The notes under the pieces are model-generated. The model made no database searches. It was not told the DNA's origin and saw nothing but the letters and a program-made list of their open reading frames with translations. From assembly GCF_004010195.1 (NCBI RefSeq), contig NC_057718.1, positions 14,463,578 through 14,527,577 of the forward strand: a stretch of DNA of 64,000 nt. Reading direction: 5' to 3'. Of the stretch, positions 49,201 through 62,800 are shown piece after piece. The translations under genes and the position numbers were made by a program. Source of the DNA: Chiloscyllium plagiosum. Taxonomy: Eukaryota. The stretch's first letter is position 1. Every line of letters starts with the position of its first letter.

Positions 49201-52200
49201 TATATCCTTTGATTATCATTTGCATTTCAAAACTGTGCACCACCTTCTCTTGTTTCTTATTGTTTTTTATTAAACTTCTCTTCAAATGAACTTTCCCCTG
49301 CACTAATTATTTGAAAGCCCTAATAATACAATCTGCAAGAACACTGGGTTTCAGCATGGTTCCAAAGACACCTATCCTGACAGAACAGCTCCCAGTCTGC
49401 TTCATGGTGACACTGACTTTCTGAATACTCCTCCTGGTCAGTGTGGTGGAAACATAAATGCATGTGGGTCGGAAAGATTCTGAATGGGATCATACTTAAT
49501 TGATTGCTATATGCACCAGCACTGTGATCAGGCCTAAGGCACAGCAAAGAAACCAGTGGGTGGGGACAGAGCTGAGGCTAGTGGGTTCCAAACATAAAGT
49601 GGGTCTTATTCGTAAATGGTTGCAGAAATGCAATAAACTTCACATTGTTTGCTCAATAAGACTCTTCTGGTTAGACCAGAAAGGTGGCTAACCTCATCCA
49701 CACAAGAATCACTTTGGGTTTGAACACACAACAGCAGTGGGGAAGCAGGCAGTTTCACTAACAGGACCCTTTTGGATTTTGGGACCACAACGCCACAAAA
49801 TGGAGGTTATGACACTACAGTCAGTCACGTGATAGGGACCTCCCCACATTAGTGACCAGAAGCCGGCCTCCATGCCCACTTAAGGATAGTGGGTGGGCTG
49901 TCGAAGTTCCAGGGTCCACAGCAGTGCGTCCAGATCAGGGGGAGGTGGAGCTGGCAGTTCAGATATGGGAGAGTCAACAGAGAGAGGGAGAGAAAGAGAC
50001 AATGTCTCCATTCTGAGGGGACATCTCTGTGTTCCACCACTGAAATGCCCTCAGTACGTGGGCCATCATTTCAGGTTAAATGGGTTGTGTAGCTCTAAAG
50101 ACTTCCGGAAGCATGTCCCTCCATCCCATTCCCATTGATCTCCAGGAAACTGCCCTCTCGGGAGTCCCTCAGGGGCTGGGAAAAGGGTGACTGGAAGAAT
50201 AAAATCGGCCTCTAACAACAAGCTGGGTCAACTCCATGCCTTTTTATGGGTGAATAACAAAGCTGACCCCCATCCTGCCCCTGGAAGAACAGCCTGATGG
50301 GCATGATAGAGCTGACGAACCAGCACAAATGTTTTGAGCACAGAGGCAGGAGTCTCATCTCAGCATGGCATCAAAAGTTCAGCCCTTAGCATCCACTCCC
50401 TCCCTGAGGGGGGACCACCAGAGACAGAGTGGGTGGGTGATTTGACCAACCACAGGTGGTACCACCAATAGCCTCACAAACCCATGTGAGGTGTTAAACA
50501 ATGCAGAGGCGATCTGTCTGTGTCCATCTAAAACCCTCTGGTTTATAACAAATTAAGTTCTGAGCAGGTGTCAGTCATGACTTGAACTAACAAATAAAAT
50601 TCAGCACTAAAACACAATTAGCAGCATAAACATTTACATACCCTGAGTGTTCCAGCTGCCAATCAGCATCAATTAATTCCATGTCTGAGTGCAATTATGA
50701 CTGAAAAATTGTTTCAACATGTCTTTGAGAGTTTAAAATTTACGGAGAATTTGATAAACATATCCTTTCTCCCTTGACTAAATGACTGATACAATCCTGA
50801 AAGTTCCTGTCCTGAAATTCCTGGGTGGTCTCTTTCACAGTTTTACATTTAAGTGGTCATTTCCACTGTATTATGAGATGAACCTTCATGAAACACAGGT
50901 TAGATTTCAGCTGGTGTACTGGCTCCAGAAAGAATGAGAGGGTACACAGGAGGTTTCCCAGAATGTACCGGGCTAAGGGACTGGGTATAGGGACTAGAGA
51001 AGATGCCATTTTCAAAGTGAAGGGGCTCAAAATTCTGAAGACTCTTGACAGAGGGAGAACAGGAACCCGTTTCCAGTGACAAAAAAAAAAGCAGCAGGTT
51101 TAAACTGATGTGGAAAAGAAATGGTGGGTTGAGGGGAGACATGAAGGAGTCCTTTCTACACAGTGCGAGTGTTTACCATCCAGTCCATGGATTGCATGGT
51201 AAATAGGATGGAGCACCAGTCCAGTGACAGAGAGTAACAGCAGACCTAGAAAATGCTCTGACTGACAACTGAGTGGAAGATGAGCAGAAATTCTCAAACA
51301 GAATCTTTAAAAGTGCAAATGATGCAGAAAGATCTGATCAGTTCCAAAGGAATGATAATGCAAAGCAGAGAGAAGTGAGGTGGAATTTTATGGCCTTTCT
51401 CTGCACGCATTGGGGAGGGGTATTTAATTCAATGGGATGGTGGTATACTAGAACTCTGTCGTCTTCCCACTTCCTTCAGAAATAAGTCGGGGCAGAAAGG
51501 CCAGTGGTCTGATCACCTTCCCACTGTCAACTGTGGCCCTGAATTAATGACCACTTAGGGACCTCATCCTACAACTAGCAGTGGGCAGACGTGTCAACAT
51601 GGAGTGTGCACAACGGGTAAGCCTTTGTGGCGAGGGGGGTCCCTCATTCAAAGGCATTTGGTGACAGATGGAGGGACACATTGGAAAGATGGCAGTGGTG
51701 CTGTTACAAGTCACCCCTCCCCCTTGCTGCCAACCCCCCCCCTACCCATTTCCCTGTGATGCCCACCCCATGAAACCCCCTGCTGTTCTCTGGCTGCCAG
51801 CAGGCACAGACTCCCCTTGATCCCAGGTCAGGCCTAGCAAAGGCTACTGGAGCAGTACCTAATACTAAAAGAAAAGTCTGTGGGGTGACTTTGAGATCAT
51901 AAAGGAGCTTTAGAGAGACACAAAGAAGATGTTTCCTCTTCTGACCCAGTCCAAAACCAGTGGGTTGAAGTATAAGATAGTCATTCAAAGGTGACCGAGA
52001 ATAGGCCCGTTTAGCCAGAGAATTGGAAGGTGAGTAGTTGAGACAAATCCAGGGAGCTCTCAATGAATCAAGTCCCAGAGGAATCACATGAAATTCGGAT
52101 TAAGCAGAGCTTTGTGTTAGCTATGGATCCCTGAAGTACCCTGTGAATGAGTCTTTACATAATCTGATATTGTCGACAAAAGTGGTCACTTTTGGTCTTG

Positions 52201-53895
52201 CAGTGATGCATCAAACACCATGCTAATACTGGAGTGGTTAAGAGTTTTTTTAAAAAATCCTTCACCATTTGTTCAGTGCGTTTGCAGTATTTCTGACTTT
52301 TTGTGAGATTTGGCTCCATATCACAGTTTATAAATTCCACACATTTCAGCGCTGCATCTGAGTGCAGTCAAACACATTTTAGTGGTATTTGTGTAGTGAG
52401 AAGTCCCAACCTGATCAATCGAGACACACATGGTGCTTTGCAGGGACTCAAAGACTTTTGCAAATATTTACCTTGATGGTGCCAAACAGAAATTCGGCGA
52501 AACTGGGTTGACCACCATGGAATTGTAATTAATTATGGGCACCACTCTATGGCCTTTGCTATTGGTTGATACCATTGGTACAGGTGGGTGACATGGTCTC
52601 CTGAGTTTGATCCATTGAGATTTCACCGTGCCAAAGAAAGATAATGTTGCTAGTGAGAACCGAGGAGGGGTTGGCAGACCAGGTAGGGTTGGGCTGAATG
52701 GCCTGTTTTTCTGTTGTCAGTTGGATGTGAGGGCTGAATTATTCTGACCTGCAATGGATACAATCTTTCTAACTGTTAGCTGGCTAAATTCCTATAATCT
52801 GTAATGGGCCAATTTTCTCATGAAAACACAAGAAACTGCTGCAAATGCCGGGAGTGGTGGGGAGAAACAAGCACTCCATCAGAATGACATACAAACACAG
52901 GGATATGAATGTGAGTGCCCTGCAGCCAGATACTGTGTGGATCAGTCTGTCTATACAAGTCTGAGCTGGCCATTCATTTCAGCAGCAGCATCCAACACAA
53001 GGGCACTTATTGCATATTTTTGTTCTGGTATCCCCAAATATGCTCGGCGTGATGACAGATTAATGCTGCGCTTTATTGCAGGCTGTTTTCCAGTCTTTCT
53101 CTGTGTCGGCTCAATAAAAATGAAGGTTTTTTTTTAACTCAGCGACATGGCTTCGTCTGTTTGTGTTTCTGCTGGGGGCATGGCCCTGGGATATCTTTCC
53201 TTTTAATTGCGAGGAAAAAAAAAACTGTTGATGCCATTCTGTGCGAACTCACAGGGCCTAAGTTTAATTGTATCATGGTGGGTTTTGAATGGATTATAAA
53301 GTCACCCGTACAGCCTTCACTGTTCCTAGATCAGCTTTTCTCTCCACTCCACTTTCAATTAATTGAAGGCAGTCCTGAGTCCTCTCCACAGGGATTCTGT
53401 TCAAGGCTGTTGTCCTGAAGTGAAACATTACCTTCCGCTTCTGCTTTCCACTGTAGATGTCTGGTTGAGTTAGAAACTTGGTGACTGGAGATGGGGTTCA
53501 TAGAAACTTCATGGGCCTTCTTCTGCTCTAAGCCTGCTCTGCCATTCAATATGATCATGGCCTATTCTCTGTCTCAAAGCCACGTTCTCCCCCTTTCTCT
53601 ATCAAATCTAAGAAAAAGAAATCTATTGTGAACCCTATCAATCTCATTCAGCAGCAAGGGGCAGGGGAGAGTTGCTCTCAGGGAGCTCACCTGCCCCCTT
53701 TTCCCTGATGCTAGCCCCCTTGCTCAGGCACTCAGTGCTACTTGAGCCAGGGGCGCCTTTCTGGAGAAAGGTTTGCTTGTCAGGCTGCCTGTGTGGTGAC
53801 AGGTATATCCGCCCTCCTGCGTCAATACAGCAGAAGAGGTCCTCAATTGGGAACGAGGTGACCCATAAAGGCCTCAGTTGATGATGAGTGAGGGG

Positions 53896-53984
53896 CTGAA
53901 AATGTGTTGCTGGAAAAGCGCAGCAGGTCAGGCAGCATCCAGGGAACAGGAGAATTGACGTTTCGGGCATAAGCCCTTCTTCAG
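53896..53984 (-). mobile_element. 89-bp PLE family B micro-insertion with hammerhead core
   Basis: Perfect 13-bp TSD gatgagtgagggg at 53883-53895 and 53985-53997. CTGAAGA-agggcttatgccc-GAAAC-GTC-aat. Confidence 0.85.
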
Positions 53985-54659
53985 GATGAGTGAGGGGAGC
54001 CACCCCACATGCCTTCCTACCACAAACTAAATCGGAGTTGCTGCAGGAAGATGTCGGGAATCCCACCCTCTGCTATCCCAACCGATTAAATGTCCCAACT
54101 GCCTTCATACCTCCCGGGGGGCACAAAATACCACTCCTGAGCACAAAATCTCCGCTGGCTTTCCCAAAGCCGTCCTGAGGATTTACCACAGTGTCGCTGA
54201 TGCCATTTCCTGCCATTCTTTAACATGTTGAAGCTTACAGCCTATCTTGTGAAAATGTAAGCCTGTATATTTCTATCGCAGCAGCGAAGGACAGTACACT
54301 TACATTTGTATAGTGCCGAGGACATCCCGAGTCTAATTAACATTTTTTTAAATGTAGGAACTATAATAAAAAGGGATGCACCTACTTCCTACTGCGCAGC
54401 AAGCTGCCACAAAGAAGAATATGATAATGACCTGATAATTTATTTTTAGTTATGTTCATTGAAGGATAAATATTGGCCAGGAGACTGGAGAGGACTTCTC
54501 TGTTCCTTCCTCAAATTGTGCTGTGAGATCTTTTGCACTTTGCCTGAAGGAATGTTGGTTGAACATCTCAATAAAATGATGTGCTGATTGTCAATCATAA
54601 AGTGTTCCATGTTTATTTGGATTCCGGCAATGGGGAGAGAATGACTGTGAAAGATAACA

Positions 54660-55850
54660 ATCACAGAATTCTTACAGTGCCAAAGAAGGCTTTCCAGCCC
54701 ATCATGGCTCTCAATGAACATTATCCCTTACTGCCATTCTCCGGCCTTTCCCTCCTAACCCTAAAATATTATTTAATTTAAATAATCTCTAATGCCCTCC
54801 TAAATGTTTCAATTGAATGTGCTTCAATCACACTTCCAGGGTGTGTCTTCCAGACCCTAATTACTTGCTGTGTGAACTTGTTACCTCACATCACATTTGC
54901 TTCTTCTCCCCATTACTGTGTCCTCTTGTTCCTCATCCTTTTATGAATGGGAACAATTTCTCCCTACCGAGCCCACTCATGATTTTGAAACATACTATTG
55001 AATTTCCGCCTAGCCGTTTTCTCTTCAAGTAAGAGACCAAACTTCTTCAGTCCAATTTCACAACTGAAATTCCTCACCCCTAAAGCCATTGGTGTAAAAC
55101 TCTTAGAGTCTTGGAATTGTACAGCATGGTAACAGACCTTCGGACCAACTCATCCATGTCGACCAGATATCCTGAATTAATCTAGTCCCATTTGCCAGCA
55201 TTCAGCGCTCTCTTCTGTGCTCTCTTTAATTAATTCACATCCTTTCAATAGTATGGCACTCATAACTGTACACAATACTCCAGTTGATGTCTAACTAGTG
55301 TCTTATACAAGTTCAGCATCACCTCCTTGCTCCTGTACTCTTTGCCCCTGTCAATAAAGTCTACAATACTCTATGTTTTATTAACAGCTTATTCGACCTG
55401 TCCTGTCTACATATACACCCAGGTTACTCTGCTCCTCACTTTAGGCTGGGGCCCTTTATTGTCTCTCCATGTTCTTTCTACCAAATATATCAACTCACAA
55501 GTTTTTGCACTGAACTTTTTTTATTCACCTATCCAGCCACTCCACCAACTTGACAATGTCTTTTTGGTGGTTTCACACTGTCCTCAGTTCACAATCATTC
55601 CACGTTCTGTGCCATCAGCAAACGTCGACACATCAAAATGTAGATAATTTAATATATATGAGGAAAAGCAAGTGCCCCAATACTGACCCCTTGGGGAACT
55701 CCTCAAGGAACCTTCCTCCAGTTTACAATAAATTTCTATGGAATTATTATGCTTTTTCCTACCCCTCAGTCAATCTTATATCCATGTTGCTAATATCCTT
55801 TTATTCCAGGAGCTATAAGTTTTTCCAAGTCTGTTGTGTGGCATTGGAAA
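54660..55850 (-). mobile_element. Decayed CR1/L2 LINE with a nested HER1 tail (about 55105-55205)
   Basis: FADG-like and GVPQG-like remnants on minus. Confidence 0.6.
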
Positions 55851-56499
55851 ACGTAATACCTGACTGAAAATGACCCCTCACTGTTTCCACCCTCGAAACA
55901 ATGCAGCCCTCCATTTAACAAAACTGTGCCTTGAAAAAGAAATAAATTAAATATTCTCACTCTGTTCCAAGGATTAATTAACTGCTTGACTTGACATCAC
56001 ATCAATGGGTGGAAACAGCAATCACAAGCAAGGAAAATAAGCTCAGTGAGGAGGAGGAGGTTTTCCCACCGAATTTATTCCCATTCCTCGGCAGGACTAA
56101 CAAAAATGAATAACGGTACATTCTGATTCAATTAATACATGTAATAGCTTCAGCACAGGCAGGATTGGGAAAGCTAACAAGGAAAGCTTTCAGCCCAAAC
56201 AAAAATAGCTGAGGTTTGGTTATACAATTACTAGCCATGAACTGATACATTCACGGAGTACTCGGAGGGAGCTGTCACTGAGAATGAAGGCTTTACCTCA
56301 ATATTCCTGTTAGGTTTCGATAACTTTGCAGAACTTGCTATTGCTATCTGTTGAAGATTTTTCATGTGAATGGTTCCCCTTATAAAATATAGCTGCATTC
56401 ACTTGAATCTGTTTTGTACATTTTTCTCTCTCTCTAGCATATGGAGGTGGTTTAAAACCTGGACAGAACTACATGATTTGCAAAGCTTATACGTGCCCA

Positions 56500-57080
56500 A
56501 GAATTCTGTGATAGCTAATAGAATGTTATTGTTCACTGTGAGGAGAATTGAATGCAAAAAGAAGCAGTTTCTGCTTCTATTTCAAACAGCGCTGATGAGA
56601 TGATACCTAGAGCACTGTGTACAGTACTGGTCGCCTTAATTAAGGATGTGACTGTGTTGAAAACGGTTCAGAGAAGGTTTACTCGACCAGGATAGGTGGG
56701 TTGTCTTATGAGGAAAGGTTGGACTGGCTAGGCTTATTGGAGTTCAGCAGAGTAAAAGGCAACTCAGTTGAGATTCCGAGGGTTCATGACAGGATGGATG
56801 TTGAGAAGATGTTTCCTCTTGTGAAAAAAATCTGGAACCAGGGGTCACTGTTTAAAAATCAGAGGTTGCCCATTTAAGACAGAGATGAAGAGATACTTAT
56901 TTTCTCACAGAGGGACACAGAGAGGTCTTTGGAACTCTCCTCCTCAAAAGCAGAGTAAGTATTTTTGAGACAGAAACAGATAGATTCTTGATCAGGAAGG
57001 GGACATGAGGTGGAGGAGTAAGCAGGAAGGTGGAGTAAGGAAATGAGCCAAGATGTTATTGAATGGCACAGGAGGCCCTC
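56500..57080 (+). mobile_element. Decayed CR1/L2 LINE 3' fragment
   Basis: LEHCVQYWSP, VQRRFTR and LSYEERL motifs. Confidence 0.75.
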
Positions 57081-57385
57081 AGGGGACTCCTAATTCTAGC
57101 TCTTAATTATTACGCTCATAATAATAGAGCAGTTTGATTTATTAGCCTAGATACGGGCCTAGGTTTCAGACAGATTGACATGCAAACATAATGTCCCCGG
57201 CCAAATTTCAGATTGTAGATTTCATTGGAATAAGCCTTGAGTTTGTGCTTAACGTCTCCGATTTCTACTTCCATTGATGTCAATGGACAGCCAGCTCACT
57301 CTCCTATTTCACTCTGTTGCACAAAATCTCAATCTAGTAAAGGTCTTCTGCCTCTCTCTCCTCCTTTCAGTGGCTCCTTGAAACC

Positions 57386-57567
57386 GAGGAGAAAGTGAGG
57401 ACTGCAGATGCTGGAGATCAGAGTCGAGAGTGTGGTGCTGGAAAAGCACAGCAAGTCAGAACAGCATTCGAGGAGCAGGAGAATCGACGTTTCGGGCATA
57501 AGACCTTCATCATGTTTTCCTTGAATGCTGCCTGACCTGCTGTCCTTTTCCAGCACCACACTCTTGA
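57386..57567. mobile_element. PLE family B inverted insertion
   Basis: Perfect 12-bp TSD ctccttgaaacc at 57374-57385 and 57568-57579. The hammerhead lacks C3. Confidence 0.85.
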
Positions 57568-58569
57568 CTCCTTGAAACCTACTCAATAAGGTTTGTACCT
57601 CTCCTCATGTGACCGGGTGTCAATTTTTATTAAATTAAATATAAATGTATCAACCTGTCAGCACAAAGATATAACACTACAGCTTAATATTGGGAAGATT
57701 TAATTCATTGTTCTTGGTCCCCATTACTGTTCCCTAGTGATTAACTCCATTCCCCTCCCTAACAACAGTGCGAGGCTGAACCAGACTGTTCTCCTTTGAG
57801 GTGTTCTACTAGACCCTGAGATGAACATCTGACCACATTTTCATGTCATCATTCAGAACTATTTCCATTGCCATAATACTGCCTGACATCATCCCTTCAC
57901 TAGCTCCTCAGCCACTGAAGCCATCACCCTCAGTCTAATTATTCCAATTCATTCATGGCCAGCTGTCAGCCCACATATCTCTTTGTCTGGCTTAATACAT
58001 AATTCTGCTTTATAATTCGCCTGTGAAACACCTTGAGATTTTTTTTAAAAATCTATGTCAAAACCACTATATAAAAGCAAGATAATATTTTTATTGTTCA
58101 AAGGAGATGGGAATGAAAGGAAGTTCAGAGAATAAGATATCAATTCTTTAACTCCAAGGTTGAATGGCAGGGTGGGGGGGGAGATTGATTAACAAGTGAA
58201 AGGTAAATACCAAAAGGCAGAGTACCACTTTGTTACCTGGGCCATTAAACAGCAGAAAATTGTATTTGATGAATATCTATCAGTAAGTAGGTCAGTAATG
58301 GAAATGAACTTCATCATTAATATCAAACTATCAATGTTGAGCGTAAAGAGTTTTCAAAAGCAGAGTATGACACAGCCAATGAAATAGCAATGGAATACTC
58401 TAGCTACTTTGATATAACCTTTGCTGCTGGAAGAAACAGGGTATACCCTGGTCCCTGTTCACTTCAGTGCTGCCTGGCTTTCCAATGCATTTCATTGAAA
58501 TATTCATGTATTGATGTACAACAACAACCACCTCTTCTACCAAATAAAATCCAATTAATGAGATTCTTG

Positions 58570-58780
58570 ATGCGGAGGTGCCAGTGTTGAACTGGGGTGG
58601 ATAAGGTCAGAAGTCACACGATGCCAGGTAATAGTTCAAAAGGTCTATTTGAAATCTCAAGCTTTCGGAGCACTGCCCTTTCGTTAGGTGACTTCACCTG
58701 ATGAAGGAGCAGAGCTCCGAAAGCTTGCGAGTTCAAATAAACCTGTTGGACTATCGCTTGGCGTTATGTGATTTCGAATA
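58570..58780. mobile_element. PLE family D palindromic insertion
   Basis: Arms of about 80 bp at 58611-58691 and 58694-58774. Possible TSD attcttg. Confidence 0.75.
58694..58730 (+). ncRNA. Minimal hammerhead ribozyme (family D)
   Basis: tcac-CTGATGA-aggagcagagctcc-GAAAG-CTT-gcga. Confidence 0.7.
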
Positions 58781-59339
58781 AAATTCTTGGAATGGCAAGA
58801 TTTAATTAAAGAACAATCTTCATCTCTCTACCTCATGTTTTTCCTTTGAGGTGTTCCTTAAATCCTTCCTCTTTGGTCAAGCTTTCAATCTCCGGCCCTA
58901 ATATCTCCTTAGATGGCTTAGAATCAAACTTTGTTTCGAATGCTTCTGTGAAGTGACTTGGGATGACTCATTTCCTTAAAGGTGCTCTATAATAAGCTGT
59001 TGCTGAACTGCATTGCTCATGGTCACAATTACACCAGCTCCCAAGCCGACCAGAGAAGGCAACTTTCAATTACATAATGTCTCTTGCAAATTCTGAGTGT
59101 GCCAAAGTGATACTTTTGTATTGAAGTCACAGTTTTAATGGAAGAAATATCAGTAGAGGAGACACATCTGGGTTCAAAGCTCAGAGCAAATTGTTAAGAA
59201 TGACATGGGGGAAAAAGCCCTGGTGATGGCTGGATAAAAGAAAGAAAAACTTGCATTTGTATGATACCGTTCCTGACTTCAGGGCATTCCAAAGAAAGAA
59301 AAATTAAAAACTTCTGATTTTGAGGCAGATTTGAGCGAG

Positions 59340-59745
59340 GCAATGGCATAGTGGTAATGTCACTGGACTGGTAATCCAGAACTCCAGATTAATGTCCTGG
59401 GGAAATAGGTACCCGCCATGGTAATTGGTAAAATTTGAATTCAGTAAAAACCTGGAATGAAAAGTTAGCCTGGCTATCCACACTCTGGCCTGACCAGGAT
59501 ATGAATTTTGCTGAATCTAAAACCATGCTCACCTGGAGAATCTTTGGGACATTAGTGAACCAGATGTATTTTTCCGACAACGGTTTCATGATCGTCATTA
59601 GACTCTTAATTCCAACCTATTTTTTAAAAAATAAATTCAAATTCAACCATCTGCCATGGCAGGATTTGAAGCCAGGTCCCCAGAACATAACGTGCATCGC
59701 TAGATTATGATCCCAGTGATCATACCACTAGGTCATTTCTTCCCC
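59340..59745. mobile_element. Two oppositely oriented tRNA-SINE 5' parts
   Basis: Plus head at 59340-59470 and minus head at 59540-59745. Confidence 0.6.
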
Positions 59746-59813
59746 TTACACAGGCAACAAAAAACAATGGAGCTGACACCTTTGGAATGAGTTAATCACA
59801 GATTGCTGGAGGA

Positions 59814-62800
59814 TATAGAGTCATAGAGATGTACAGCATGGAAACAGACCCTTCGGTCAACCCGTCCAAGCCGACCAGCATCTAGTCCCACTTGCCAGCA
59901 CCCGATATCCCTCCAAACCCTTCCTATTCATATGCCCATCCAGATGCCTTTTAAATGTTGCAATTGTACAAGCTTCCACCACTTCCTCTGGCAGCTCATT
60001 CCATACACGTACCACCCTCTGTGTGAAAGAGTTGCTCCTTAGGTCTATTTTATATCTTTCCCCTCTCACCCTATACGCATATCCTCTAATTCTGGCCTCC
60101 CAAGGAAAAGACTTTGTCTATTCACCCTATCCATGCCCCTCATGATTTTATAAACCTCTATAAGGTCACTCCTCAGCCTTCGATGCTTCAGAAAAAACAG
60201 CCCTAGCGCATTCAACCTCTCCCTATAGCTCAAATCTTCCAACCCTGACAACATCCTTGTAAATCTTTTCTGAACCCTTTCAAGTTTCACAGCATCTTTC
60301 CAATAGGAAGGAGACCAGAATTGCATGCAATATTCCAACAGTGGTCTAACCAATGTCCTGTACAGCCGCAACATGACCTCCCAACTCCTGTACTCAATAC
60401 TCTGACCAATAAAGGAAAGCATACCAAACGCCTTCTTCACTATCCTATCTACCTGCGACTCCACTTTCAAGGAGCTATGAACCTGCACTCCATCCGATAG
60501 GAAGGAGACCAGAATTGCACGCAATATTCCAACAGTGGCCTAACCAATGTCCTGTACAGCCGCAACATGACCTCCCAACTCCTGTACTCAATACTCTGAC
60601 CAATAAAGGAAAGCATACCAAACGCCTTCTTCACTATCCTATCTACCTGCGACTCCACTTTCAAGGAGCAATGAACCTGCACTCCAAGGTCTCTTTGTTC
60701 AGCAACACTCCCCAGGACCTTACCATTAAGTGTATAAGTCCTGCTAAGATTTGCTTTTCCTTACATTTATGTAAATTAAACTCTATCTGCCACTGTTCAG
60801 CCCATTGGCCCATCTGATCAAGATCCTGTTGTAATCTGAGGTAACCTTCTTCACTGTCCACTGTACCTCCAATTTTGGTGTCATCTGCAAACTTACTAAC
60901 TGTACCTCTTATGCTTGCATTCAAATCATTTATATAAATGATGAAAAGAAGTGGACCCAGCACCGATCCTTGTGGCACTCCACTGGCCTCTAGTCTGAAA
61001 AACAATCCTCCACCACCACCCTGTCTTCTACCTCTGAGCCAGTTCTTCATCCAAATGGTTAGTTCTCCCTGTATTCCATGAGATCTAACCTTGGTAACCA
61101 GTCTCCCATGGAGAACCTTATCAAACTCTTACTGAGGTCCAATATTTCACATCTGCTGCTCTGTCCTCAATCAATTCTTTGTTACGTCTTCAAAAAACTC
61201 AATCGTGTTTGTGAGACATGATTTCCCACGCACAAAGCCATATTGACTATCCCGAATCAGTCCTTGCCTTTCCAAATACGTGCACATACTGTCCCTCAGG
61301 ATTCCCTCCAACAACTTGCCCACCACCAACGTCAGGCTCACTGGTCTATAGTTCCCTGGCTTGCCCTTACTACCTTTCTTAAACAGTGGCACCATGTTAG
61401 CCAACTTCCAGTCTTCCGGCACCTCACCTGTGACTATCGATGATACAAATATCTCAGTAAGAGGCCCAGCAATCACTTCCCTAGCTCCCACAGAGTTCTC
61501 AGGTACACCTGATCAAGTCCTGGGGACTTATCCACCTTTATGCGTTTCAAGCCAACACTTCCTCCTCTGTAATATGGACATTTTTCAAGATGTCACCATC
61601 TATTTCTCTACATTCCACATCTTCCATATCCTTCTCCATAGTAAACACTGATGCAAAATACTCATTTAGTATCTCCCTCATCTCCTGCAGCTCCACACAA
61701 AGGACACCTTGCTGATCTTTGAAGGTCTATTCTCTCCCCAGTTACCCTTTTGTCCTTAATGTGTTTGTAAAAACCCTTTGGATTCTCCTTAATTCTATTT
61801 GTCAAAGCTATCTCATGTCCCCCTTTTGCCTTCCTGATTTCCCTCTTAATTATACTCTTGCTGCTTTTATACTCTTCTAAGGATTCACGCGATCTATCCT
61901 GTCTTTACCTTAACCAAACCATCAATTTCTTTAGTCATCCAGCATTCCCTATAACTACCAACCTTTCCTTTCACCCGAACAGGAATACACTGTCTCTGGA
62001 CTCTCGTTATCTCATTTCTGAAGGTTTCCCATTTTCCAGCCGTCCCTTTACCTGCGAACATCTGCCCCCAATGAGCTTTTGAAAGTTCTTGCCTAATACC
62101 GTCAAAATTGGCTTTTCTCCCATTTAGAACTTCAACTTTTAGATCTGGTCTATCCTTTTCCATCACTGTTTTAAAACTAATAAAATTATGGTCGCTGGCC
62201 CCAAAGTGCTCCCCCCACTGACACCTCAGGCACTTGCCCTGCCTTATTTCCCTAGAGTAGGTCAAGTTTTGCACCTTCAATAATAGGTATATCCTCATAC
62301 TGAATCAGAAAGTTTTCTTGGACACAGTTAACAATTTCCTCTCCACCTGAACGCTTAACACTATGGCAGTCTCAGTCTATGTTTGTAAAGTTAAATTCCC
62401 CTACTATAACCACCCTATTATTCTTACAGATAGCTGAGATCTCCTTACAAATTTGTTTCTCAATTTCCCTCTAACTATTAGGGGGTCTATAATACAATCC
62501 CAATAAGGTGATCATTCCTTTTTTATTTCTCAGTTCCACCCAAGTAACTTCCCTGGATGTATTTCCGGGAATATCCTCTCTCATTACAGCTGTAGCGCTA
62601 TCCGTTATCAAAAATGCCAACCCCCTCCTCTCTTGCCTCCCTTTCTATCCTTCCTGTAACATTTGTATCCTGGAACATTAAGCTGACAGTCCTGTCCATC
62701 CCTGAGCCATGTTTATGTAATTGCTATAATATCCCAGTCCCATGTTCCTAACCATGCCCTAACTGGGATAGCCACAGAAGACTCCTGCACTCTCTGCCTA

